Assembly: GCF_009914755.1 (NCBI RefSeq)
Contig: NC_060935.1
Source of the DNA: the human T2T-CHM13v2.0 reference genome, Homo sapiens
Direction: 5' to 3' (one strand)
Length of the DNA: 64,000 nucleotides
Below, piece by piece: positions 44,056 through 58,359 of this stretch. Positions within the stretch are counted from its first letter, which is position 1. Every line of letters begins with the position of its first letter. The notes beneath the pieces are model-generated. The model searched no databases. It was not told where the DNA came from and saw only the letters and a list, made by a program, of their open reading frames with translations. Position numbers and translations under genes: made by a program.

Positions 44056-46865
44056 GACCATCCTCTATCCCCTCCTCTGCCCCTGACACTTTCTGTCCTT
44101 CTTCTCTGCTTTATTTTTCTATAACATTCATCATCATCTGACATATGGGTCCTATTGTTTATTGTCTGAGTCCTCCCATGGGGAAAAACCCTTTGTTTAG
44201 TTCTCTGCTGTTTCCCCAGCACTTAAGACTGAGTGCATGGTGTATAGTAGGTGTCCACTAAATATCTACTGAATGAATGAATGATGGAGACCCAAGGGAG
44301 GTCCCAAAGGAGCTTTACATTTGAAAGCTTTTGGAAGGCAGAGATGGGCGGTCTCACGGACACAGAGGCAGCCCTTAACAAGTGCTGCTTGCCGAGGACT
44401 GTGCAGTGATGCTGCTGGCTCCCTGTCCCCATATTGTCTGATCCCTGCAGCCAAACCCCAGGTCCTGAGGCAAATCTTGTTCCTATTTGGAGGAAGCCCA
44501 AGCCAGCAGTTTAATGACTCAGCATCAACCTGAGTTTTGACTGTTGGTCTTACCTTGTCCCTCAGATCCAAACACCAGGACTTGGCAAACACAAGTCCAC
44601 CAGCGCTTGTGTTTCCCCTGCAGTGCCTAAGTCTTCTCCTCAGGTCTGAGACTTCACTCTGATGCTCTGGCTGTGCCCAAGCTCCTCTGGGACTATGGTC
44701 AGACCTTTTTGTCTCAGTCTTGCAGGAGCCTGGAGACCGGAACCTGGACCTAGCATCTCAGCTGGGACTGCCCCTGGCCTCCAGCTCTTTCCTGAAACTG
44801 CCATTGTTGGTAGTTTCAGGAAACTGGGGGAGCCTTGACCAGTTCTGACTGTTTGCTTTTCCTTAGATTCACAAAATCTGCATGCTGGCAGGGCCCTCAA
44901 GTAACTCATTCCTCCTTTGAATCATTCTGACCATTGGTTTTTCTATTGAGCCTGACTCTATCTCTCTGTGCCTACCGTTCTAGCTCTGTCTGTTCTTCGG
45001 GGCCATACAGAACAGGCCTGGTGCTCTTCCCTGTGATGGCCCCTCTGAGACCTGCAGCAATATCATTTCATGGCTCCCGGCATCTTCTTTCTTCCAGAGA
45101 TGCACCATTAGTGCCTTTGATGGTTCCTTCCATCTCATGGATTGGATCCAATTCATCAACCTGGTCACCCTCCTCTAAATCAGTTTTCTTTTTTCTCCAT
45201 CCTAATTAGGATGTGATCCCCCAAATCAGAAGCAGGCACTCTTTTCACCTGCTTTTCATCCACTATAGGTATCTGCTCCAGCCTGGTGGGGATCTGGCCT
45301 CTAGGTTCAGAGCCCCTTGTTGAACCCATTCCCACCCAGCCCTGGCTGTCCAGTCTTTGGGTTAAAGAGAGCCAATCTAGATCTCGACACGTGCCTATAA
45401 AACACATCCCCCTGCCCTGGCTCTTCATAGGTTGGGCTTTGCTTTCAGTAGCCAGAAGCAAGGCTGCTCTTTGAAACCACTGCAGCAGGTTGCCCAGTGT
45501 CTAAAAATCACTGCATTGAAGGGCCAGGTGCTGGGAGCTTCCCTAAGTGGAATCACCTCCTTGGCTTCCTCCAAGCTGTGTTGTTCCCATCCTTTCTAGC
45601 ACATGGTCTTTGAAGCATGGAGTGACACAGGTGGGGGAGGGAATGCCAGTTATCTAGCAACAGTTATAAATTTCCCTTAGCGGCAGGGATCTAACAACAT
45701 GAGACTTTGAGCTTTCAGCTCCCAGATGAAAGAACAGGGATTTTCCCAGCAATGACAGAAAAGGGAAACATATAGCCCTGGGGGCCCCCACAGGAATCTC
45801 TGTTATGGAGCTGCTCCAAGGGGGCACCAACCACAAGCCTGAGTAGAATTGCAATAGGTGGCCCCAGACCTCTGGGCAGCCACCCAGAAATCTCAGGCAT
45901 GCAGCCTGGAGAAGAGGGAGAACTTTCCAGAGGCCACAGTTAAGGAATTTTCCTTGCACCTCCTGGAGCTGCTGGAGTTTCTGAAATTAAAAGGGCCTTT
46001 ATCTGGAAATTATGGTTGAATGCCAGTTTCCCCTGTAGAGTCAATTTGGAAAACCTAAAGCACTAAAGGAATTAAGTTTGCTAAATGGAAATAAGTGGAG
46101 TTGGTGGAGATGAAATTGGATGTATGTAAGTGAAATCATCTGTGGATTGCCCCCTTTGGCGCTTTCCCTTTATTTAACCAACCTCTTCTTCATCTGCCAT
46201 AGGAATGATCTCCCAAAGAGCACGGTGGCCCCTGGGAGGGTCCCATAGGGGAGGCAGGGCCACCTTCTCTGGGAGAGTTGCTGCAGTTGGCTTATAGTTG
46301 CAGCCTGGGTGGGACTCCCTTCTGGGTCTGGAGTTCACATTCAAGTCTTCATAGCCTAGTCTGGCCTGGATCCAAAATTTGTGTGCCTGAATCCCACTTA
46401 CTAGCTAAGTGCTTGTAGGCAAATTACTCATCCATTCTCACACTCAATTTTCCATCTTTGGACTGGAGATAACAGAGCTTATCTTTAATTGTTGCATTAA
46501 TTGAGAGGACACAGGTGAAGTAGCATGCACAGTGTGTGGCATATAAGAAATATTAGTTTCTATTTTTTTATTTATTTAAAAAATAGTAGTTTGCTCAAGC
46601 AACTGGATGGCATCATAGGGTAGTGAGACAGGTGTGGGCTTTATTGATGTACAAACCTGCAATTGAATTGCAATTTCAGCATGTGATCTTGGGCAAATTA
46701 TTTGGTCTCTGTTTCCTACTATGAAATGGGGATAATAATACTCACCTTATAGAATTGTTGAGGTTTACATGAGCTAATGTATGGAAAATAGGTAGGACAG
46801 TGCCTGACAGTAGGAAGCCCATAAATAATAGTTATTATCGATAGTTCTACCATAATTATTATTAC

Positions 46866-47881
46866 TGTAGTTTTCCATTGCTGCCATGACATATTTTCAC
46901 AAACTTAGTGGCTTAAATAAGACAAAATTATGATCTTACAGCCTGTAGGTCAGAAGTCTTAACTGAGCTAAAGCTAAGATTTTAGTGGGGTTGCATTCCT
47001 GTCTGAAGGCTCTAGGAGAGAACCTGCTCATTTGGGTTGTGGATGGAATTATTTCCTTGTGGTTATAGGATGGGGGGCCCCATTTTCTTGCTGGCTGTCA
47101 GCTGAGAGCCATTCCCAGCTTCTAGAGGCCGCTGCATCCCCTGGCTCCATTTTCCTCTTCCTCCATTTTCAAGGCCAGTAATGGTGGGTTGAGTCATTCT
47201 CGCCTCACAAGCTCACTGAGCTCAGCTGGGAAAGGTTCTCCAATCTTAAGGACTCATGAGATTCGATTGAATCTCCCAGGATAAGCCAGGATCATCTCCC
47301 TGCCTCAAGATCTGTAACCTTACTCACATTTGCAAAGCTCCTTTTGCCACGTGTCTTAGTCCATTTTGTGTTGCTGTAAAAGAACACCCAAGCCTAGGCA
47401 ATTTGTAAAGAAAAGAGGTTTATTTAGCTCATAGTTCTGCAGGCTGGGAAGCTCCAGGGCGTGGCCCTGGCTTCTGGTGAGAGCTTTCGTACTGCATCAC
47501 AACATGGCAGAGAAGATCAAAAGGGGAGGCAGATATGTGCAAAGAGGGAAAAACCTGACGGGTGTCTTGACTTTCTAACAACCCACACTCTCTTGGGAAG
47601 GAATCCATTCCTGCAATAAATAGTCCTGTCGCTTGAGAGCAAGAACTCACTCACTGCAGAACAGCACCAAGCCATTCATGAGGAATCCACCCCCACAACC
47701 CAAACACCTCCTACCGGGCCCCACTTCCCAGCACTGCCACATTAGGGATAAAATTTCAACATGAGTTTGATGGGGACAAACAAACCATGTCCAAACCATA
47801 GCACCATGGAAGGTAATGCATTTGCAGGGACTGGGTTTTAGGATGTGGGCATCTTTGGGGGCCATTATTCTTTCTACAACA
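46866..47881 (-). mobile_element. MLT1 (D/E-like) MaLR LTR split by an MST LTR
   Basis: TTTCCATTGCTGCCATGACATATTTTCACAAACTTAGTGGCTTAAA start; resumes ...GGATGTGGGCATCTTTGGGGGCCATTATTCT after the MST. Confidence 0.8.
47352..47803 (-). mobile_element. MST (MSTB-like) MaLR solo LTR
   Basis: TGTCTTAGTCCATTTTGTGTTGCTGTAAAAGAA...AAGAGGTTTATTTAGCTCATAGTTCTGCAGGCTG...CCAAACCATAGCA. 5-bp TSD CCACG/CCATG. Confidence 0.88.
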
Positions 47882-49611
47882 ACTGTTCTTGTAATGTGGG
47901 AGGCTAAGCCGCTGGAAAACCTTCTCATGAGCAGTTCCATGTGCAGGGACTGCACACTTGGAAACTGTCCATAGCTCGATCCTTGGCCCAAGTTGCCTTA
48001 CTCCTGTGATCATCAACCATTTTGCATAAGAACCAGGCATCCCAGAGCACCGAAGCTGATGTGTTTTTTTCAATGGACAGAGGGAACTGGACATGTTGGC
48101 TCTTCCATTACTGCAACTGAGATTATGCCACCAGGGAAGAGACAGCTGGGAAGGGGCTGTGTAACAGGAAGTATTTTATCACGTTGATTTAGTAATCTCG
48201 CCACTCCTAACATGTCAGGGCACTAAAGGAGTAGCCTGAGAGCTGAGTGTGATCTGAGCCTGTGTTGTGTGGGCTCCGCTGGGCTCCGCTCAGAATGATG
48301 TGTTTATTTCCTGCCATGGGGTCTAGAGAGAATAACATCCCGCCACAGTCCCAGCAGACTCTGTCTTATTCTGCCTGCCATCCTTCCAGAAGGGCACAGA
48401 TCTATGTGTGCTTTAAGAAGCAATGTGATGTAGGAGAGTACTGCTATGTGTGAAGAATGAGAACACTTAGGATCTGAAGCTGGTCCTGCCTGTTCCTCTG
48501 TTCTCTGGTACTTACTTAATACTGACAATGCCCTGTTTAGGGCTCAGCTCTATGGAAAATACAAAGAAATAGGATATTTTGTTGGTACATGTTCTAAATG
48601 TGGAAAGGCCAGACTCTCAGACATGAAGGAACTAGAGGGCGATACGAAATAAGGAAGTATTAAGTGCTGAGACATCAGCTCTGGAGTTAGGCAGTGGTGA
48701 CTGTGGTGGTCCAGGGACCGTGGGGACATTGCCATTTTGCGCCTCCTTTTCCCTGTTTGATATTTCTTTTGTTGCTGCCTAGAGCAGAGTAAGAGAGAGG
48801 GCAGTGGACCATCCCTTTAAGATACTGTACATCACAGGAGAGGGGATGACATTCATGTTTATTGAGCATCTACTGTGCCCATCACTTCCATAAGTTATAT
48901 GATTAATTTTTATAACAACCTCCAGAGGTAGGTTTGGTAATGTCTGCTATTTGGGTGTGGAAACTGAGGTGTGGAGGGACCAAGGTCACCCATGCAGAAC
49001 ATGGAAGATGCTGGATTTGAGCCAGACTCCCTGGCGCCAACCCCATGCTCTATCTATTACACTAGACTCCTCCCTGCTGTGCTCCCCTCTGCAGAGACCC
49101 CGAGGCCTCTGGGCAGTGCCTGTGGCTCTGGAGGTGCAAGAGAAGGTAGGTGTGATTGAGGTCTGCCCAAGACCCATGGGACAACCTCCGTTTCTTTAGG
49201 GCAGACCCCACACCTCATCCCCCTTCTTGTCCCCACCTCTGCTGGTTTCCTTTTCAGACACTTGAGAGAGAGGAACTAACTTAAAATGGAACCACAGGGT
49301 TAGTGCTAAAGGCACCGTTAGGTTAAAATTGAGAGCTGAGGCTGTGGTGCTCAGAAGGGCCAAGTCTGCATGCTGGCTTTATTTATAGTCGCTTATTTAT
49401 TAGATTCCAAATGATGTTTAACCAGGAATCATATGGCAGTGATCTTTGATTACTTATGCGGCTAATAGCTGAACATTTATTATTATTGCTATTTATTCAG
49501 CCAGCTAAGTGTACCGGGTGCTTCTCTTTCAGGAAAGCACCAAGGGAAGGGGCCAAAATAGAGGAGTGGCTTGGCTGGTGGTCCTATAGACCAGGCGAGG
49601 GGCTCCACTAG

Positions 49612-49928
<317 letters not shown>

Positions 49929-51085
49929 TGGTTTTTTTTTTTTGTTTGTTTGTTTTTGTTTTTGTTTTTAAAGAGCCAATCCTTAAAATAGAGGGAATAG
50001 GGGTGGGAGTGCAGAGAACACCCTAAAGGGAGAGAAGAGTTTGAGATAAGAGTTGGGACTTCTGGAGCTAGAAATATCTAGCTTTATAATAACAGCAGCA
50101 TTTATTCAGTATTTATTATGTGCCAGGCAGTATGGTAAATGCTCTTCAAAATGATTAATCCTACCACCACCTCCATTTCACAGATGAAAAACCAGAGGCT
50201 CAGAGAAATTCATAACTTAGCTGGTGTTCAAATCCAAGCCCTGTCTGCCTCTGGAGAGACCACATGTCCCTTATACTGCCCTGCCCTCCGTCAGAGTCAG
50301 TGCCCTTCTTCTCTTTTGGTTAAGCTTAACTTTTTGAGTAAACAGCCCAGGAAAAGAATGGAAAACCTAGTGCCCCCGGAGCCCAGGAAAGAGTATGGAG
50401 AATGCAGCTCTTGGCTTCTCTGTTCTTTTCCCCAGTGTTTTGCAGCCCACTGGGAAGGAGCTGCCAGTGGTCCCTGGAGCATGGCCCATGCAGGGCCATC
50501 TAATACAGTCCTGGGACAGGCCACTGCATGGCAGGCAGGGTGTCTGCCTAGAGTTGTGATGGTGCAGGGAGCAGCTGGGCAGTGCCAGGCCCAGAGGCAC
50601 CAAGATGGGAACCTGTAGTGTCTCCACCCTCTGGACACATGAAGAGAGCAGGGACCCTCCTGGCAGGGAGGACTTGTCTAACTGAACCTCCCCTGCCCAC
50701 CTCAGACATGCTAACCTTTGGGCTCTCTCATGCCTCCCATCCTCACTCTTTCTCAGTTCTGTCTTTGCAGGAGGAAGCTCAAACTCCTTTTCAGGGCATG
50801 GGAAGCCTTCACAGGCAGGCTGCAGATGATCCAGGTGGCTTCATCTTTCAACATCGTTCCCATCCCTATCCCTACCGTAAACACTCAATACCCATGAATT
50901 CTGTACTGCAGACGCTGGAGTCCCTAGAACATCCTTGCCTCTCACATCGCTGGGCCTTTGCTGTCTCCACTGCCTAGAATACTCTTCTTCTCACCTTGCC
51001 TGCCCAGCAGAATTTTATTCACCATTCAAGGCCTTGCTTATATATGACCTCCTCCTCTGAAGGCCCTTCTCTGATGGCCCTTTCT

Positions 51086-51378
<293 letters not shown>

Positions 51379-54169
51379 CGATGGCCTTTTCTATCTCCTC
51401 TGAGAGTGGATCTTGCCCTCTCTGGGGCTCCAGTGCCACCATATGGGTGACTGCACCTCAGCCTCACCCCACATGGCGTGGTGACATGAGTTTCAGCATC
51501 AGTCTCTCAAGGCAAAGACTATGTCTCATTACCTCTGACTCCCTCGGCCTTGCTCCATAGTAGGTGTTCAGTAAACATTAGTCAAGTGAATGTAGGAATG
51601 ACTCATTCTTATCCTGGGCTGCTGTGGAAAAGGTGTTTGTTTCAATTGGGGCCACATACTCACTGGCTTGAAAATGGGGACATCAGGGCAGGAAACAGGG
51701 ACTAACTGAGCTAAGTTATGCAACCTGAAATAGGACAGCAAAGCACCTGGAACATGCTGGATAGAGGCGAAGGGAGCTGGATATTTGTCTTTGAGTTTGG
51801 AAGAGAGGAGAAGGAGACCTTGGCCAATACCAAAGTAGGATTTCAGGGTCTCTCTCCAAGGACCCTCTTCTCCCTGTAACACTAACGTTGAGTCTCTGGC
51901 CTTTTCAGTTACGGCAAAATATATCATGGGCAGCCACTGACCTTTAGAAGGAGGACTGTGTGTGCTTGGCCCAGCATCACAGGGGCCCCTGCACTGCCTG
52001 GCCCTGATGCCCGACTCCACCCAAGGAAGACCACCCCACAAACAGAGTGGGCTGGCCTTGGGCCTTTTCACCTTTTTACCCCATTCCTCAGTGCTCTTCC
52101 CTTCATCTCTAAGACACAGCCAGTGGCTGCCAGGGCTTTAGCCAGATGTCAGGAAACTCAAAGACAGGATCATCAAAAAGAAAGGGATTGGGGAGGAAGA
52201 CTAGAGAGGGCCTGGGGTAAGGGGCCAGGGAGGATTGGTGACCAGGAAAGCTCAGGGTGCAGGAGGGAAGCGCAGGAGTGGGGTGAGTCCTGGGCTCTGA
52301 GACTGTGGAATTTGCAAGGCTCACATCAGCTCTCCAAGCCTCAGTTTTCTCCTCCTGTGGCCTCTGAGGTCCTGCCCAGCCTGGGATTCCATGTTCCTGT
52401 GCGGTTCCTCTCTCTCGAGGCTGCAACAGGTGCTGCGCCTTTAGCCTCCCTCCTGTCCTTCTCCTCTGCTGTTTTCCCTCCCTCTCTTCATTTTGCCCCG
52501 CTAAGTATTTACTCTCCACCCTGGTCTAGATTATCCCCTGGTTAAGTGCCAATTAGCTGCTGGCTGCCTGTTCACTCAGTTTGATGCATTCGGTGAGGCA
52601 CAGAGGCCAAGGCCTGATTTTGGAGAGGGAGCGTAATGAGAACAGAGAACAGCGGCGGCCCACTTAGTTTGGATTTTAATAAAGTTTCCAGCTAACCTAA
52701 ATCATCCCCGTCACAGGCAGCCCAGCAACCACTGAGTCCCCCAGGCTGGGAACAGGCAGGAAGGGGCAGAAATGGGCTGGAGGGGACAGAGATGGACAGA
52801 GCCCTGTTGAAGAGGAGGAGCTGTCTGTAGCCGAGGGTCCCCCTTGACAGCAGGGGCAGGGCCATCTCAGAAGTGCTCCGGGTAAAGGCTCTCCAAGGGG
52901 AAGCATAATGCCTGCTCTTTCAGCAGCTGTTAATTAGTTGCAGATGATGAGATAATTCATAAAAATTAGCAATGATTTCCTTCATTGTGTTAATATCACT
53001 GGGCAATAAAACTGCTGTTAAGGATGACTTTTCTCAGCATCGAGGAGTGAGATGTCAAGATAAAAACAGCCCTCCCTGGAGGTGGAGGGAGGAAAGAAGA
53101 AAAACCGAGCTGCTGAGACAGTGACAGGGGCAGTGATTTCCAAGCTTTGGCTGGAATCGTCAGAAGGAAGTCGAATTGAAATGCAAATCCTGGTGTCTCT
53201 CAGAGCACAGGCTGGAAAGAAATGCATTTGGTGGTGTCACCTTGGCGGCCAATGGACAGGCAGACGGGTGGCGGGAGGGCTTCCCTGCTGCTGGCAGAAG
53301 GCAAGATGGTGGCAGCCAGAGGCCCAGCGAGGCTTCACTTGAGCAGGGAGTGGGTCTGGGTCCCCAGGAGAGTCCTTCAAAGAGGAGACACACTTGCTTA
53401 TTTGGCCTGTAGCATGGTCTGGTCTTGACTCCCTCCATTTGCAGCTCTTGATGCTTTTTCTTTCTCTCGCCAAGTTCTGCCCACACTGGCCTAGTATCAG
53501 TTTCTTGAGTGCACCAAGAGGCTTCCTGATTTAGGGCCGTATCCATGCATGCTCTTGTCTCTGTCTAGACCACTATTTGCCCCCATCTTTTTTTTTTTTT
53601 TTTCCCATCTGGCCAACTCCTATTTATCCTACAGGTAAAATGCCATTTCTGCATTTTGAACCATATTCCCAGTGCCCGACACAGTTTCCATCTTATACAT
53701 GGGAAGTGGGTTGCATAGATATGTGGCCTCTTCCCTGCTTAAACCCTTCCCCATGCTCACACTGCCTATAGGATAGGATCCAAGCCCCTCCCTACCTCAC
53801 CAGCCACCTCTCCATGGACCTTCTCAACTTTTCTCTGCTTGAGGATCCCTGAACATGACACACTTTTCCACCTCTGTCACTACACTTAGAAGGCTTTTGT
53901 TCCAAGTGTCTGCCTGGTGAATGCTTACTCGTTCTCTAAAACCCAGGTTAAGTGTCGTGTTCTCTGTGACACGCTCCCTGATACTGCTCCCCCTCTCTCT
54001 TGTTGCTTATACCCTCCTTGTGTGTCATCGTTCCTCAGAGATACCTTCATTGTAGCAGACTTACTCACTGGTCTTTCCTGGGCTTGCTGCCCTGGTTTAA
54101 GAGCATTGACTAACACAGAGTGGACACTCCATAAACTGTTGCATGAACCGATAGATGAATGAGTGTAAA

Positions 54170-54790
54170 GCTAAAAAAATGGCTTTAGGTACTATTTCAT
54201 AATCCAGGCCAGAGATGATGTTGGCTTGGAGGGTAACAATGGAGATGGTGAGAAGTAAACATCTTTTTGAAGTTGAACTGACTAGTCTTGGTAGTAGGCT
54301 GGATGTGAATGATGAAGGAAAGCTCAACAATGACCAAGTAGGTAGCCAAAGTATCATTTATTAAGAAGGGGAAGAAGGGAGGAGAGACCTTGGGGTAGGG
54401 GCGGGGAGATCAAGAATTCTATGTGGCACATGTTAAATGAGAAATGATTGTAAAACATCCAAGTATAGATGTCAGGGAGTCAGATGGACATAAGATATTA
54501 GAAGAAGAGGTCCCAGGTGGCGACATAAATGGAGAATCTTTGACATATAAGTGGTATTCAGAGCCGTGGGACCAGGCCGTGTCCTAGGGAGAGAATGTCT
54601 GGAAAGTGGCATGGTGAGCCCAGGACTGAGCAACCTAAATATTTGCTCAAAAAAGAAAGATTTGCAAAATAGACATTGTCTAGTGAATGCATAATGAACT
54701 GCAGGACTAAAGTATAGACCAGACTTAACCAGCCAAGACATTGTAACTGGAAGTAAAGAGTGGAAAGCTGTGAAGTTTGTGCCTAGGGGG
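54170..54790 (-). mobile_element. L2 fragment
   Basis: AATCCAGGCCAGAGATGATGTTGGCTTGG...GATCAAGAATTC...ACATCCAAGTATAGATGTCAG. Confidence 0.7.
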
Positions 54791-54902
54791 CATATTGGTC
54801 AATGATGAGGCTAGCCATAGAAAAGTAAAGAAGGGTCTTGACAGACCAGCAGGTTTTTAGATAAAGTCAGCACAAGCTCTGGAGTACCCGTTTGCCAGGC
54901 TA

Positions 54903-55335
<433 letters not shown>

Positions 55336-55712
55336 AAGAAATCAAAGCGAAACAAATGGAATATGAATTTGATTTAATTGATGGTCGGTTGGCCCATTCA
55401 GTTATTCATAGTATGGCCAAGCCATTGTAAGTCAGGGTTAAGAAGAAAATTGACATTATTTGATCCCTAACCTCTAAGAGTTTGTGGAGACAATACGAAC
55501 ACACATGAAAAGTGAATGACAGTGCAAGACCGTTTAGTTACTTTAGCAAGGCAAAACATATTTAAGTGTTCAATGAATGATGCAGACTCTAAATATATGG
55601 TAAAGAGCCTAGGTGCAGGAGAATTCACCCTTTCTTTACCAGAGTAGTCAAGGAAAGCTTTTCTGTGCTTACCTGACACGGTGATTCATCTTGGAGGAGT
55701 AAATAAAGATGC

Positions 55713-55992
55713 TTTTTTTTTTTGGAGACGGAGTCTCGCTCTGTCGCCCAGGCTGGAGTGCAGTGGCGCGATCTCAGCTCACTGCAAGCTCCGCCTCCCG
55801 GCTTCACGCCATTATCCTGCCTCAGCCTCCGAGTAGCTGGGACTACAGGCGCCCGCCACCGCGCCCGGCTAATTTTTTGTATTTTTAGTAGAGACGGGGT
55901 TTCACTGTGGTCTCGATCTCCTGACCTCGTGATCCGCCTGCCTCAGCCTCCCAAAGTGCTGGGATTACAGGCATGAGCCACCACACCTGGCC
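55713..55992 (-). mobile_element. AluY with 12-bp left-arm deletion (AluYd-like)
   Basis: Reverse complement reads GAGATCGAGACCACAGTGAAACCC. TSD ATAAAG(A/G)TGCTTTTT. Many intact CpGs. Confidence 0.9.
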
Positions 55993-56214
55993 ATAAAGGT
56001 GCTTTTTAAGCTGTGAAGGAAGTCAGATGGAATGGAAGGGAACCTCTGAGTCAGTACTTCTGTGGAAGATGACATTTAGATCTGCTGCCATCTGTCGGTG
56101 AGTGTGGAAAGGAGCTTGGAGCTTAGTCTTCAGGTACTGGAAAGGAAAGGTGCCAAGAGGAACCAGGTGTTGACACCTCCCTCTCTGGAGGACAAGTGAG
56201 CTTTAGTCTAGTTC

Positions 56215-56545
56215 ATTGTCGTTAAAAATATGACCCTCAGACCAGCAGCATTGACATCACCTAAGAGAGTGTGAAAATCCAAAATCTCCAGTCCTATCCC
56301 AGAGGTACTAAATCAGTGTCTGCATTTTCATCAAATCCCCAGGTGATTCTCATGTTCATTAAAGTTTGAGAAACATGGGTCTAACCCTTGTCATGTAGGG
56401 CTCTTCTGGGATACCTCCTGGGTCCGCCCGTACCCCTCACCTGCCAGAGATTCTGATTGGTGGGACTAGGATGGGACTTGGAAGTTAATATTTTTAATAG
56501 GTACCCCCAGATGATGCCATCAGACAAGTGTTCAAAGCTCTGCTT
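56215..56545. mobile_element. Two adjacent MER5-family DNA transposon relics
   Basis: CAGACCAGCAGCATTGACATCACC...CCCCAGGTGATTCTCATG...AAAGTTTGAGAAACA, then CAGAGATTCTGATTGG...TTTTTAATAGGTACCCCCAGATGAT. Confidence 0.65.
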
Positions 56546-58359
56546 TAGGCTGTTCTGTTGCTGTGCCCCATGTCCCTGGGGCAGGCCGGCTTTTTCTCCA
56601 TGCACACACCTGGACCTAGGCATTCTTTTCCCTATCAAACTCATTTTTTTGAAGACCACCAACCCAATGGCATTTTCTTGGTCTTCCTCATCTCATCCCC
56701 CTTCACTTTTGCAGCAGTTGCAGTTCTGAAGCTTTTTGAAGCTCTCTCTTGATCTTGGTTTCCATTAGGCTATGGTCGTCTTTCTCAGTCCTTCTCTTAT
56801 TGCTAACAACTCCTTTCTTGTCTCTTTTGCTGATGATTCTTCTGCCCTAAGCCCTTTGTGCCTCCCTCACCCTTTCTGGGCAATCTTGTGCCCTCCCTGG
56901 AAGTAAACAACTTCCAAATCATCTGCAGCGCTACCTCTCTCCAACTCCAGCTGTGCGCAGAGTTCAACATGTGTTGATCTACTTAGGCTGTAGATTTCAG
57001 CTGAGGGATGTTGGGTAAATTAATTTACTTTTGAGTCTCAGTATACCTTTAAAGTGGGATTAATTACATGTGATTCAAGGGATTATTTTGGACACCAAAT
57101 GGGATAATGTATGTAAACTATGTGGCACATCGTAAGCGCATAATAAATGTTAGTTTCTTAAAAAAAAGCATGATACATCCATCAATCTGAACCCAATTCT
57201 TCATACCTATCCTGCATTTTTAAAGTGTGACTTTACTCATACCCTGCCCTCTGCTTAGAATATCCATTTTTCTGTCTTTCAAGGCCAAACTCTGTTGCTG
57301 CCTCAACCGTGAAGTCTATTATCAACCCAATTCCAAATCAGCTTTCACACAAATACCTGTACTTCTTTAACTGTGCCACTTATAGTACCTAAATCACTGT
57401 CTACCTTGTATTATAATTATTTAAGCACACGGTATCTTTCCTAAAAACTGAAAGTTCCTTTTAGGCCAGGCTCATGGCCTTACAATAGTTGTATTCCCCA
57501 GGGGGCCTCACACAGTGCCTGTGTACCATACCAGGGAAGCTCACAAGTCCTGCTGGTAGTGGATGGGCTGCATCACGTCTATATGTGAAGGCTTGCATGT
57601 TACTCTCCATTAAATATGCTAACAGAGGGAAGCAGTGATGTGGAGAATCCAAATAACAGGCTGTCTCAACGTTATTGCCGTTGGCTTTGGAAAGCATTTA
57701 GGTATTTCTGCTTCAGATTTACCTTGCTGATTATGTTTTATCGGCATACATTAATATGAGCTTGCATTCCATGAGCATACACCACCTGGGAAACTGAAGG
57801 TGGTGATCCACGCATAGGCAGAGCAGCGGAAAAAGCTAGTTTAGGGTTTTCAGTTGTCCAGGGATAATTCCCAAAGTGCGTTATTAACTCCAACATAAGT
57901 AACAGTGAGTTGGCTGTTGTGCTATTATTTCCCTCTTAGCTTTCTCTGGTTAAAATCCTTTATAATAATTAGTCAAGGGCACACTAATTACCTGACATTG
58001 ACATAAAATACTTCTGGTGATGGAGCAGAAGCACTGTTTTGAATTCATGCTAGACTATTATGATAATGATACCTTACATTTGTATGATTAGTAATTTATA
58101 AAGAGATCTTATGTGTGTTATTTAATTTTGTCTGCTTGACGCTTATGTAAATAGAGTAGATGACATTATCCCATTTGACAGATATGGAAACCAAGGCTCA
58201 GGAGTGAAGCGGGTTCCCCAGGCTGTCTTAGCTGGATACAGGCAGAGTCAGGGACCATGCCTTGGGTCTTTTCACTCTTGGGTTCTAGTGCTTTTTCCAC
58301 TTTACCATACTGCTTTAATGAACCTCCAGCGCTTTAAGATGTTTCTTAATCACTTGTAG

